A stretch of 64,000 nt of DNA. Origin: Myxococcota bacterium (GTDB lineage: Bacteria > Myxococcota_A > UBA9160 > SZUA-336). Shown here in pieces: positions 55,708-64,000 of this stretch; positions within the stretch are counted from its first letter, which is position 1; every line of letters starts with the position of its first letter. The notes under the pieces were generated by a model. That model searched no databases, had not been told where the DNA came from, and was given only the letters and a program-made list of their open reading frames with translations. The translations under genes were made by a program, and so were the position numbers. The DNA lies in NCBI GenBank assembly GCA_046757685.1, contig JBHHYV010000002.1, positions 8,598-72,597 of the forward strand, given 5' to 3'.

Positions 55708-56564
55708 GAACCCCTTCCGCGGGGGTGCGCCGCGTCGACGAGATCCCGGAGCTGCTCGCGACTCACGTGGGTGTAGATCTCGGTGGTCCCGATGTCGGCG
55801 TGGCCGAGCATCTCCTGCAGCACGCGCAGGTCGGCTCCCCCCTCCAGCAGGTGGGTCGCGAACGAGTGGCGCAGGACGTGCGGGGTCAGCACGCGATCGA
55901 TCCCCGCGCGCTGCGCCCAGAAGCGCACCCGGTACCAGACCGCCTGCCGGGTCATGCCCTGCCCCCGGCGTGAGAGGAACACCTGCTGGACGCGTCCGTC
56001 TCGAGCCCACCTCGGCCGCACCTCGCGCACGTAGCGGTCGAGCCACTCGAGGGCGAGGTCACCGAGGGGTGCCAGCCGCTGCTTGTTGCCCTTCCCGAGC
56101 ACCCGGCAGACGCGCGCCTCCGCATCGACCTCGCCCAGCGAGAGACCCACGAGCTCCGAGACTCGCAGGCCGGCCGCGTAGAGCACCTCGAGGATCGCAC
56201 GGTCGCGAATCCCGATCGGAGCCGCGTCCGGTGCGCTGAGCAGGCGCTCGACGTCGCGATGCGAGAGCACCCTCGGAACGCGGACGCCTCGCTTCGGTCT
56301 CTCGAGCTCCGCCATCGGATCCGCCGCCAGCGCCCCCCGGACGCGGAGGAAGCGGAGCCACCCCGAGATCGCCGAGAGGGCGCGCGCACGCGTCGCCGGA
56401 CCGCGACCCGCTCGCTCGAGGCGCTCGAGATGCCCTCGCACGTCGCGGGCCCGGAGGGTCGCCGGCTCGCGGGCGTCGAGCGCCGAGGCGAACGCCGCCA
56501 GGTCGCGCGCGTAGGCCTCGACCGTCGATGCCGCCAGCCCTCGCTCGACCGAGAGATGGACCAC
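55704..56564 (-). CDS. xerD: Tyrosine site-specific recombinase XerD/XerC
   Basis: ORF 55704..56564. Catalytic R...HxxR...Y (LRHSFATHLL; TEIYTHV). The conserved N-terminus continues in-frame upstream of the annotated GTG (..LSLDASIDDYVVHLSVERGL..), so the true start is uncertain. Confidence 0.85.
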   Translation of the reverse strand: MVHLSVERGLAASTVEAYARDLAAFASALDAREPATLRARDVRGHLERLERAGRGPATRARALSAISGWLRFLRVRGALAADPMAELERPKRGVRVPRVLSHRDVERLLSAPDAAPIGIRDRAILEVLYAAGLRVSELVGLSLGEVDAEARVCRVLGKGNKQRLAPLGDLALEWLDRYVREVRPRWARDGRVQQVFLSRRGQGMTRQAVWYRVRFWAQRAGIDRVLTPHVLRHSFATHLLEGGADLRVLQEMLGHADIGTTEIYTHVSREQLRDLVDAAHPRGRGS

Positions 56565-56590
56565 GTAGTCATCGATGCTCGCGTCGAGGC

Positions 56591-59293
56591 TCAGGGCAGG
56601 CCTCGCTGCAGGGCGTCGAGCAGCTCTCGCTCCACGCGCTGGCGAAGCCCGGCGTCGGAGAGCTTGTGGCCGTCCACGGTCACGTAGAACGCATCGGTCA
56701 CGCGGCTCGCGCGCGTCGAGACGCGTGAGGCCACGATGTCGAGGCCGCAGCGCGACAGTACGCGCGTGATGTCGTGCAGAAGCCCCGGACGGTCGGTCGC
56801 GGCGACATCGATCACCGTATAGAACTCGGACTCCTCGTTCGAGAAGCGAATGCTCGGCGGACGGGTCCGGAAGACCCGAGGCAGCGGCGGCCGCACCGAG
56901 TCGAGCATGCTGGCCAGGTCCCGGTGTCCCTCGAGGACGCGCTCGAGCCGTTGCTCCAGCCGCTCCCGCTCCAGCGCCTGCTCCTCGGCCCCTCCCGCCG
57001 TAGGCGTCAGCTGATAGACGTCGACCGCCAGCCCTTCACGCGAGGTATAGGCCTGCGCGCCCAGGATGTTGCGCCCCGCCGCCACCAGGACTCCCGTCAT
57101 GGTCGAGAGCAGGCCCGGCCGGTCCAGGGTGACGACGACCACTCCCTGGAAGGCCTCGCCAGAGGACTCGGGATCGAAGAACGAGACCGACACCGGGTCC
57201 TGGGACTCCGAGAAGGCGAGAGCGGCCGCGATGTGCTGTGCGATCTCGTTGGGGCCATGCATGAGCAGGTAGCGGCGGGGCATCGTCTCGAGGAACTCGC
57301 GGGCGCGATCGGGATCCACGCCCCGCTCAGCCGCCGCGCGCAACGCGTGCTCCTGGGTCGACTCCGCCCGTCGCATCGACCGTTCGAGGAAGAACTCGTT
57401 CGCCTGCTCCGCTCCGGCTCCCGCTTCGATCCACTCGGTCGCGTTGCGGTAGAGCACCTCGAGCAGGCCCGCCTTCCAGGGGCTCCAGGCCTCGGTCGAT
57501 ACCGCGCGGATGTCCGCCACCGTGAGCAGGTAGAGGTTGCGCAGGCGTCGCCGCTGGTTCCCGACCAGGCTCGCGAGGTTCAGGATCACCCGCGCGTCGT
57601 TCACGTCGCGCCGCTCGGCCAGCGCCGAGAGGGTCAGGTGGTGGCGGATCAGGAACCGGACCTCTTCTGCGTCGTCCGGGGCCAGCCCGAGCCGCTCCGC
57701 GATCGCCCCGAGCAGCTTGGCGCCGCGAACCGGATGGTCTCCCCCCCGTCCCTTTCCGATGTCGTGCAGCAGCCCCCCCAGCATCAAGAGCTCGGGGCGA
57801 GCCACCTCCCGGATCAGCTCGGTCGGAAGCGACAGCTCGGCCTCGTAGCGACGCTTGACCAGGCGTCGCAGCTGCTCGATCAGGAAGAGCGAGTGCGCAT
57901 CGACGGTGTAGGTGTGATAGAGATCGTGGCGCCAGAGACCGACGACGTGCCCGAACTCCGTCAGGTAGGCGCCGAGGATGCCAAGGTCATTCATCAGCTC
58001 GAGGCTTCGATAGACGCGGTTCGGCGCGCGCAGGATGTCGAGAAAGAGCTGCGACGCCTCCGGGTCGCGCCGGAACCCCTCGTCGATCAGACCCACGTGC
58101 TCGCGCACCAGCAGGCGCGCCCGGAGCGAGAGGGACACGTCGTGGGCCTGTGCCACGGCGAAGGCCGCGAACAGCCGCACGGGGCGCTCGCGTAGCAGCG
58201 AGGCTGCGGGAATCTCCAGCCGGCCGCCCGAGATCGCGAACCCCTCCTCGACCATCTGCGGCGCTCTGGGAGCGCCCCCCCGGCCCCGGACGAGCAGTCG
58301 CCGTGCCTCGCGGATCACCTGGTCCCCGAGCCTGCGGATGCAGCGGGCCCTCCGGTAGTACGCGCTCATCAGCTCTTCGATCGGAAGCGTCGTCTCCGTG
58401 GCCTTGAAGCCGAGCCGGATCGCGACCCGCTCCTGCGCCGCAAAGTGCAGCCGGTCCTCCTTTCGCCCCTCGCGGTGGAGCTCGTTTCGGACCCGCCAGA
58501 GAAAGTCGAGGGCCTCCAGGAGCTCGCCCTGCTCGTGCGGCCGGAGGAAGCCCTGCACGGCGAGCTGGTCGGGACGGCGGACGTCCCAGCGAACCGCACG
58601 CGCGATCCACACCGCAGTCTGGGCGTCGCGCAGGCCGCCCATGCTCTCGCGAAGGTTGGGCTGCAGCAGGTTCGGCGACTCGCCGAAGCGCTCGTGTCTC
58701 TCGTGGCTCTCCTCGAGCTTTCTGTCGATGAAGCCGGACGGGTTCGAGCGGATCCAGCGCTCGACCGCGGTGTCGAGATCCGCGAAGAGCCCGACGTCGC
58801 CGACGATCAGCCTCGTGTCGAGGTAGGACGTCAGGGTGGGGAGGTCCGCTCGACCGATCCGCTCGCAGTCCTTCAGCGTCCGGGTCACCGCAGCGACTTG
58901 CAGACCCGCGTCCCAGAGCCGATGCGTGAGGGCCTCGGTGATGCTCTCGACGTAGGGGTTCAGCTTTCCGCGGAACAGGAAGAGCAGGTCGATGTCCGAC
59001 CCGAACGACAGCTCCCGGCGCCCGGTGCCCCCGGTGGCGACGATCGCCAGTCGGTAGCTCGCAAGCCGCGGAAAGTGCTCGAAGAACACCTCTTCCGCCG
59101 AGCGGAAGAGCCGGCGAAGCAGCCGGTCGATCAGGTCGGCGTGCTCCTCGTTGACCCTTCGGCCGGGCGCGCCCGAGTCGTGGAGCTCCAGCAGGTACTC
59201 GCGAGCGGCCTCGAGATAGGCCTTGGAGCAGGCGTTGATCTCTGCGGGCGTCGCGGGAGAGCCGCCGAAGAAGTCGTCGCAGAGAGGTTGCAC
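56591..59293 (-). CDS. glnD: [Protein-PII] uridylyltransferase / uridylyl-removing enzyme GlnD
   Basis: ORF 56591..59293 (GTG). Nucleotidyltransferase GSDIDLLF, an HD domain (HDIGKG) and two C-terminal ACT domains. Confidence 0.85.
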   Translation of the reverse strand: MQPLCDDFFGGSPATPAEINACSKAYLEAAREYLLELHDSGAPGRRVNEEHADLIDRLLRRLFRSAEEVFFEHFPRLASYRLAIVATGGTGRRELSFGSDIDLLFLFRGKLNPYVESITEALTHRLWDAGLQVAAVTRTLKDCERIGRADLPTLTSYLDTRLIVGDVGLFADLDTAVERWIRSNPSGFIDRKLEESHERHERFGESPNLLQPNLRESMGGLRDAQTAVWIARAVRWDVRRPDQLAVQGFLRPHEQGELLEALDFLWRVRNELHREGRKEDRLHFAAQERVAIRLGFKATETTLPIEELMSAYYRRARCIRRLGDQVIREARRLLVRGRGGAPRAPQMVEEGFAISGGRLEIPAASLLRERPVRLFAAFAVAQAHDVSLSLRARLLVREHVGLIDEGFRRDPEASQLFLDILRAPNRVYRSLELMNDLGILGAYLTEFGHVVGLWRHDLYHTYTVDAHSLFLIEQLRRLVKRRYEAELSLPTELIREVARPELLMLGGLLHDIGKGRGGDHPVRGAKLLGAIAERLGLAPDDAEEVRFLIRHHLTLSALAERRDVNDARVILNLASLVGNQRRRLRNLYLLTVADIRAVSTEAWSPWKAGLLEVLYRNATEWIEAGAGAEQANEFFLERSMRRAESTQEHALRAAAERGVDPDRAREFLETMPRRYLLMHGPNEIAQHIAAALAFSESQDPVSVSFFDPESSGEAFQGVVVVTLDRPGLLSTMTGVLVAAGRNILGAQAYTSREGLAVDVYQLTPTAGGAEEQALERERLEQRLERVLEGHRDLASMLDSVRPPLPRVFRTRPPSIRFSNEESEFYTVIDVAATDRPGLLHDITRVLSRCGLDIVASRVSTRASRVTDAFYVTVDGHKLSDAGLRQRVERELLDALQRGLP

Positions 59294-59302
59294 GTTCGGA
59301 GC

Positions 59303-60454
59303 CTACCGCTCTGCGAGAAGGCGCCGCGCATGCTCGTCGCGGTACGCCAGGATCCCCCTACGAATGCCATCGGCCGCACGTCGGGCGAACTCGCGAGTCC
59401 TCATCTGCTTCGCTTCACTTCGATTCGACACGAAGCCGACCTCGACCAGTACCGCCGGCATGTCGGCCATGAAGAGTACCAGGAAGGGCCCCCGCTTCAC
59501 GCCCAGGTCCTGCGTGGACGGCCGCAGCCGCCGCAGAGAGCGCACGAGACCCGCCTGGACGTGGTCCGCGAGCCGCGCCGCAAAGCGCTCGTTGTACCCG
59601 AGCCGAAGCGACGCCAGGATCAGCTGGAGATCGTTGACCTCGTCGACGCTGGTGCCGTTCTCGCGGGCGGCGACCCGCGCCGTCTGGTGGTCGTAGCGGG
59701 TGTCGAGCAGATAGGTCTCGGCCCCCCGCGTCGCCCGCCGGCGCGAGGCGTTGGCGTGGATCGACACGAAGAGGTCGGCCCCGAAGCGGGCGGCGCGCGC
59801 GGTCCGCTCCTCGAGCGGCAGGAAGCGATCGCCGTCGCGCGTCAGCATCACCTGGAAGCCGTCCCTGAGCAGGCGCTCCCGGAGCCGGCGAGCGATCGCC
59901 AGGACGACGCGCTTCTCGTAGAGACCTCCGACTCCGATGGCTCCGGGATCCTTGCCCCCATGGCCGGGATCGATGGCGATCCGCCGGACCTCGCGCCGGT
60001 CGAAGCTCTTGGGACCCTCCCCGTCCCGGGTCTCGGCCTCGTGCCGCCGCGGGGCCTCGTTGAATACGTCGACGACGACCCGGAAGGGAGCGCGCAGGCG
60101 AAATGTCCGGTGGCGGCCGCTCCCGGGAGCGAGCTCGAGCACCACCCTCGCGCGGTCGCGGCGATTCTGACCCCCGCGGATCACCCGCAGCGGCGCCGGC
60201 CCCGCCATCGTGCGAGGAGCCCGGTCGCGAGACTCGATCCAGGTATGCTCGAGATCTACGTAGAGTCGGGGCGGCCTCGCGAGGGTGTGGACCTCGTAGG
60301 GGGCCTCGCCGGAGAGCTCGATCACGACGCGCGTATAGCTGCCATGGTCGTAGCTGCGGATCTCGCGTACCTCGGTCAGCCCGTGCGGACGGGTCCAGCC
60401 ACCGACCAGCGAGAGGGCGCACAGCCCGAGCGCGCAAGCCAGGCGCGACCTCAC
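59303..60454 (-). CDS. amiC: N-acetylmuramoyl-L-alanine amidase (AmiC-like, with AMIN domain)
   Basis: ORF 59303..60790 trimmed to GTG 60454 (VRSRLACALGLCALSLVGG signal), which overlaps the mutS stop (GTGA). Amidase_3 motifs IDPGHGG, VSIHANA and the GFVSN region. Confidence 0.85.
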   Translation of the reverse strand: MRSRLACALGLCALSLVGGWTRPHGLTEVREIRSYDHGSYTRVVIELSGEAPYEVHTLARPPRLYVDLEHTWIESRDRAPRTMAGPAPLRVIRGGQNRRDRARVVLELAPGSGRHRTFRLRAPFRVVVDVFNEAPRRHEAETRDGEGPKSFDRREVRRIAIDPGHGGKDPGAIGVGGLYEKRVVLAIARRLRERLLRDGFQVMLTRDGDRFLPLEERTARAARFGADLFVSIHANASRRRATRGAETYLLDTRYDHQTARVAARENGTSVDEVNDLQLILASLRLGYNERFAARLADHVQAGLVRSLRRLRPSTQDLGVKRGPFLVLFMADMPAVLVEVGFVSNRSEAKQMRTREFARRAADGIRRGILAYRDEHARRLLAER

Positions 60455-63003
60455 GCCTCTTCCTCGTCCAGACGTCGGCGGATTCGTTCGAGCGCCACAA
60501 GCGCCTCGACGGGCGTCATTCGCTCCGGGTCGAGCGCGCGAAGCTCTGCCCGCAGCGGATCGCCGGCCGCCGCAAAGAGGGTGAGCTGCGCGGGCGCAGC
60601 ACGCGCCGCGCGCGGCACGCCGCGTGAATCGAACTCTCCCCGCTCCAGGTTCTGAAGCACCTCTCTCGCTCGCCGGATGACCTCGGGGGGGAGATCGGCG
60701 CGACGCGCCACTTCGATCCCGTAGCTGCGGCTGGCGGCTCCGGGCTCCATGCGGCGCAGGAAGAGCAGCTCTCCCTCTCGCTCCTCGCACGCAAAGTGGA
60801 AGTTGCGCACGTGCGAGCGGGTCCGCGCCAGATCCGACAGCTCATGGTAGTGAGTCGCGAACAACGTGCGGGGACGCAACCCAGGCGTGTCGTGCAGGTA
60901 CTCCGCGACGGCCCAGGCGATCGAAAGTCCATCGAAAGTCGAGGTCCCGCGACCGATCTCATCGAGCAGGACCAGGCTGCGGTCGGTCGCCTCCCGCAGG
61001 ATGGTGGAGGTCTCGCGCATCTCGACCAGGAAGGTGCTCTCGCCGGTCGCGAGCGAGTCCGACGCGCCGACCCGGGTGAAGATCCGGTCCGCCGCTCCGA
61101 TGCGCGCTCGCGCCGCCGGTACGTGCGATCCCGCCTGCGCCAGCAGGACGATCAGCGCGACCTGGCGCAGGAAGGTGGACTTGCCGGACATGTTCGGGCC
61201 GGTGACGAGGAGCAGCCGGGCCTCCTGCGGATCGATCTCGACATCGTTCGCCACGAACCCGTCGGGAACGCTGCGCTCCACCACCGGGTGGCGCCCGGCC
61301 TCGATCTCGATCCGCAGCGAGGAGTCCAGCTCTGGCCGGGTCCAGCCTTCCTCCCGCGCGACCGTCGCGAGCGACTGCGCCGCATCGAGCCTGCCCAGCT
61401 CGAAGGCCAGGGCGCGCACCCCCTCGTTCGCCTCGAGCACGCGCTGGCGAAGTGCCTCGACGGTGCGGGCCTCTGCCGCCGCTGCGAGCTCGCGCGCGCG
61501 GAGCACGACCGACTCCCACCGCTCGAGCTCATCGGTGGTGAAACGCTCCCGGCTGGCCAGGCTCTGGCGCCGCCGATACTCCGCCGGGAGATCCGAGGCA
61601 CGCGACCTCGGCACCTCGATCGAGTACCCCAGCGCCCGGTGGTACCGGACCTTCAGGCTCGCGATCCCGGTTCGCTCGCGCTCTTCGCCCTCGAACGCGG
61701 CCAGAAAGCGCTGGCCCTCGTCGGCCTGGGCCCGGATCCGATCGACCTCGGGATCGACGCCGTCGCGCACGACGCCGGTGTAGGGCTCGCCCCGGGGAGC
61801 CGCGGGCGGGACCTCGACGAGCGAGTCCGCGAGCTGGCGAGCCAGCGCGGCGGGCCCCGGATCGTCGGGGACACCCGGCGCGATCTCGCCGATCTTCCGA
61901 CTCGCCAGGAGCGCGTCGCGCAGCGCGGCCAGCGCGCGCGGACCCCCGGAGGGAAGCGCCGCGCGGGTCTGGATCCGCTCGAGATCCCCCACCTTGCGAA
62001 GGGCCGAGCGAAGGGCCTCGCGGCGCCGGTCGGGCTCGAGCCACTCGCCGACGCGCTGCTGGCGCTCGCGGGTCCGCCGGGGATCGATCGGGGGCTCGCC
62101 CAGCCACTGCTCGAGCCGACGGCGGCCCATCGCGGTACAGGTGCGATCCACGCGCTCGAGAAGGGTTCCCGAGCGGCTCCCGTCGCGCAGGTTCTGCGTG
62201 ATCTCCAGGTGCCGGCGGGTCGCGGGATCGAGCAGCAGGTGCTCTCGGGCCTGCCAGCGTCGCAGCGCACGGACCTGGGGGAGCGCCTGGGGCTGGAGGC
62301 GCGCGACGATGCCGAAGAGCGCGAGCGCCGCGAGGGACGCCAGGTCGGTCTCCTCGCCGGTCATGCCCGGGGGAGCCGACTCCAGGCGCCGCTGCACCGC
62401 CCCGGGATCGAAATCCGCGTCGCTGGCCGGGCGCAACCGGCGATCGGCGACGAGTCGCTTGTCCGCGTCTCGCGCCAACACCTCTCGCGGGTCCAGACGT
62501 TCGAGCTCCGCACGAAGGGCCTCCTCGTCCGCGGACTCGGTGGCGCGAAACTCGCCTGTGGACACGTCGATGCACGCCAACCCGAATCCCCGCTCCCCCC
62601 CGAGGACCGCGGCCAGGTAGTTGGCACGCGCGCTCTCCAGGCGATCCGGATTGGCGACCAGACCAGGCGACACGGTCTCCACGATCTCGCGCCGCACCAG
62701 GCCCCGGGCGAGGCGGGGATCTTCGACCTGCTCGGCGATCGCCACGCTGAAGCCCAGGGAGAGCAGGCGCCGCAGGTAGCCCTCGCAGGCATGTGCGGGA
62801 ATGCCACACATCGGCACCGGGTCGGGCGTATCGCGATCGCGCGTGGTCAGGACCAGGTCCAGCAGGGGCGCCGCGGTCTCGGCATCGTCGAGAAAGAGCT
62901 CGTAGAAGTCTCCGAGCCGAAAGAACAGGAGCGCATCGCCCGCCTGCCGCTTGAGCGCCAGGTACTGCCGCATCATCGGCGTGTCGGTCCTTCTGCGCTC
63001 CAC
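60451..63003 (-). CDS. mutS: DNA mismatch repair protein MutS
   Basis: ORF 60451..63003. PMMRQYLALK...LLFFRLGDFYELF. Walker A GPNMSGKST. STFLVEM...DEIGRGTST. Confidence 0.9.
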   Translation of the reverse strand: MERRRTDTPMMRQYLALKRQAGDALLFFRLGDFYELFLDDAETAAPLLDLVLTTRDRDTPDPVPMCGIPAHACEGYLRRLLSLGFSVAIAEQVEDPRLARGLVRREIVETVSPGLVANPDRLESARANYLAAVLGGERGFGLACIDVSTGEFRATESADEEALRAELERLDPREVLARDADKRLVADRRLRPASDADFDPGAVQRRLESAPPGMTGEETDLASLAALALFGIVARLQPQALPQVRALRRWQAREHLLLDPATRRHLEITQNLRDGSRSGTLLERVDRTCTAMGRRRLEQWLGEPPIDPRRTRERQQRVGEWLEPDRRREALRSALRKVGDLERIQTRAALPSGGPRALAALRDALLASRKIGEIAPGVPDDPGPAALARQLADSLVEVPPAAPRGEPYTGVVRDGVDPEVDRIRAQADEGQRFLAAFEGEERERTGIASLKVRYHRALGYSIEVPRSRASDLPAEYRRRQSLASRERFTTDELERWESVVLRARELAAAAEARTVEALRQRVLEANEGVRALAFELGRLDAAQSLATVAREEGWTRPELDSSLRIEIEAGRHPVVERSVPDGFVANDVEIDPQEARLLLVTGPNMSGKSTFLRQVALIVLLAQAGSHVPAARARIGAADRIFTRVGASDSLATGESTFLVEMRETSTILREATDRSLVLLDEIGRGTSTFDGLSIAWAVAEYLHDTPGLRPRTLFATHYHELSDLARTRSHVRNFHFACEEREGELLFLRRMEPGAASRSYGIEVARRADLPPEVIRRAREVLQNLERGEFDSRGVPRAARAAPAQLTLFAAAGDPLRAELRALDPERMTPVEALVALERIRRRLDEEEA

Positions 63004-63100
63004 GGCGGGGCAGTCTAGCAGTCCGCTCGCGGGAGCCCGCTCGCGAGCGCGAGAGCTCGACGCGAACTCGGCCGCGGCTCCCCCGGAGAGAAGACGCGCG

Positions 63101-64000
63101 TCAGGGAATCAGGCAGAGCGGAATGCCGCCTCCCGAGAGCACCGTCGCGAGCGCGATCGGATCCCCCAGATCACAGAGCTGGTTGCCGTTCGCATCGCAG
63201 GTCGGTCGGCAGGCTCCGAGCCCGGCGACGCAGAGCATCGCCTGCGTTCGGTCCCCCGCGTTCAGGATGCCGTCCCCGCTGGCATCGCCACACTGACAGG
63301 CGTCGCCGGTCCCGTCGGGCTGGGCCCCGAGGATTCCCCCGCGGTCGAGCTGATCGGGGTTGACCGTCAGCACGCAGTTGTCACATGCGTCGCCGCGGCC
63401 GTCGCCCTCGGCATCGGACTGCGTGGGGTTCGGTGTCGCGGGACACGAGTCGTCGCACCCGCTCGTCATGCCGGGCAGACACGGCGCGTCTCCGAGCACG
63501 CCGCTCTGATCGCCGTCACCCTCGATCCCGTCTCCATCGAGATCCCCGAGGAGCAGCGTGGTGTAGGCGTTCAGCCGCCCGCTCCCGTAGGTGTCGTTCC
63601 AGCCGTTGGCGTCGTAGGCGACGGAGCCCACCTTGTCGGCGCCGTCCCTCATGCGCTGGATCAGCTGCGCCCGGCTCAGGGCGGGATCGATCTCGAGGGC
63701 GAGTGCAGCGACGCCCGCCGCCGTAGGAATCGCCCAGCTCAGCGCGACGGTGGTCGCCCAGCCACGCTCGCCGGGAGCGGCGAAGCTCATGAAGGGCGAC
63801 GGGGGATCGATCGCGACATCGCTGGCGTTGGTCGGAGTCAGCGCCCCCGAGGACGGATCGCAGCCCGGGTACTCATCGGGGAAGCCCCAGATGACCAGCA
63901 CGTTCGACGCCGCCAGGATCTGTGCGCGGTCGATCGGACCCTGCTTGGCGGCGTTGGTGCACTGCGCCTGCGGACTGCCGATCCCCGAGAGCGGCAGCGC
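63101..64000 (-). CDS. Subtilisin-like (S8) serine peptidase, C-terminal part with thrombospondin-type-3-like Asp/Cys repeats. The 5' end lies beyond the window.
   Basis: Frame is open from 63101 to the window edge. S8 C-terminal motifs (..LSWAIPTAAGVAALAL..; TYGSGRLNAYTTL), then DxDGDGxxD...CDNC repeats and Cys-rich tail. Confidence 0.55.
   Translation of the reverse strand, partial: ALPLSGIGSPQAQCTNAAKQGPIDRAQILAASNVLVIWGFPDEYPGCDPSSGALTPTNASDVAIDPPSPFMSFAAPGERGWATTVALSWAIPTAAGVAALALEIDPALSRAQLIQRMRDGADKVGSVAYDANGWNDTYGSGRLNAYTTLLLGDLDGDGIEGDGDQSGVLGDAPCLPGMTSGCDDSCPATPNPTQSDAEGDGRGDACDNCVLTVNPDQLDRGGILGAQPDGTGDACQCGDASGDGILNAGDRTQAMLCVAGLGACRPTCDANGNQLCDLGDPIALATVLSGGGIPLCLIP

Overview
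Very GC-rich bacterial chromosomal segment; third codon positions are almost all G/C. Because of this, long spurious antisense ORFs are common, so genes were called from recognisable protein families, signal peptides, start-codon context and stop/start coupling. Gene content is consistent with a Gram-negative, possibly myxobacterial or deltaproteobacterial host, though that is inference. No CRISPR array, IS element, transposase or phage integrase was recognised.

Housekeeping genes present: mutL-miaA, der, queA-tgt, efp, rluB, scpA-scpB, cca, xerD, glnD, amiC-like amidase, mutS, pgi, an Slt lytic transglycosylase, tRNA-fMet(CAT) and tRNA-Val(GAC).

Most interesting region: a co-directional minus-strand cluster (about 25.9-34.8 kb) bounded by the two tRNAs. 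Reading 5' to 3' along the minus strand it encodes a membrane-anchored octaheme cytochrome c, an ATGA-coupled membrane protein, a DUF385-like secreted protein, a hybrid sensor histidine kinase, a mauB-mauE-mauD-mauA TTQ amine-dehydrogenase operon joined by GTGA/ATGA overlaps, and a monoheme cytochrome c. No mauG, mauF or amicyanin gene is present in the window.

Other notable items: an ArsS-like radical-SAM/Cys-rich protein (3' fragment) with a DedA-family protein and a disulfide reductase at the window start; a TetR-EmrA-EmrB efflux operon with a palindromic AT-rich operator candidate; a GC3-rich 70-codon ORF in a supposed intergenic gap; a degenerate sigma-54 activator-like regulator; a PD-(D/E)xK plus Tudor-like protein next to tRNA-Val; a cluster of secreted or lipoprotein genes, one with seven Dx[DN]GDG repeats; an AT-rich island carrying a perfect 12-bp palindrome; a double-zinc-ribbon adenylate cyclase/STAND NTPase/TPR giant protein; and a 5'-truncated S8 peptidase with TSP3-like repeats at the window end.
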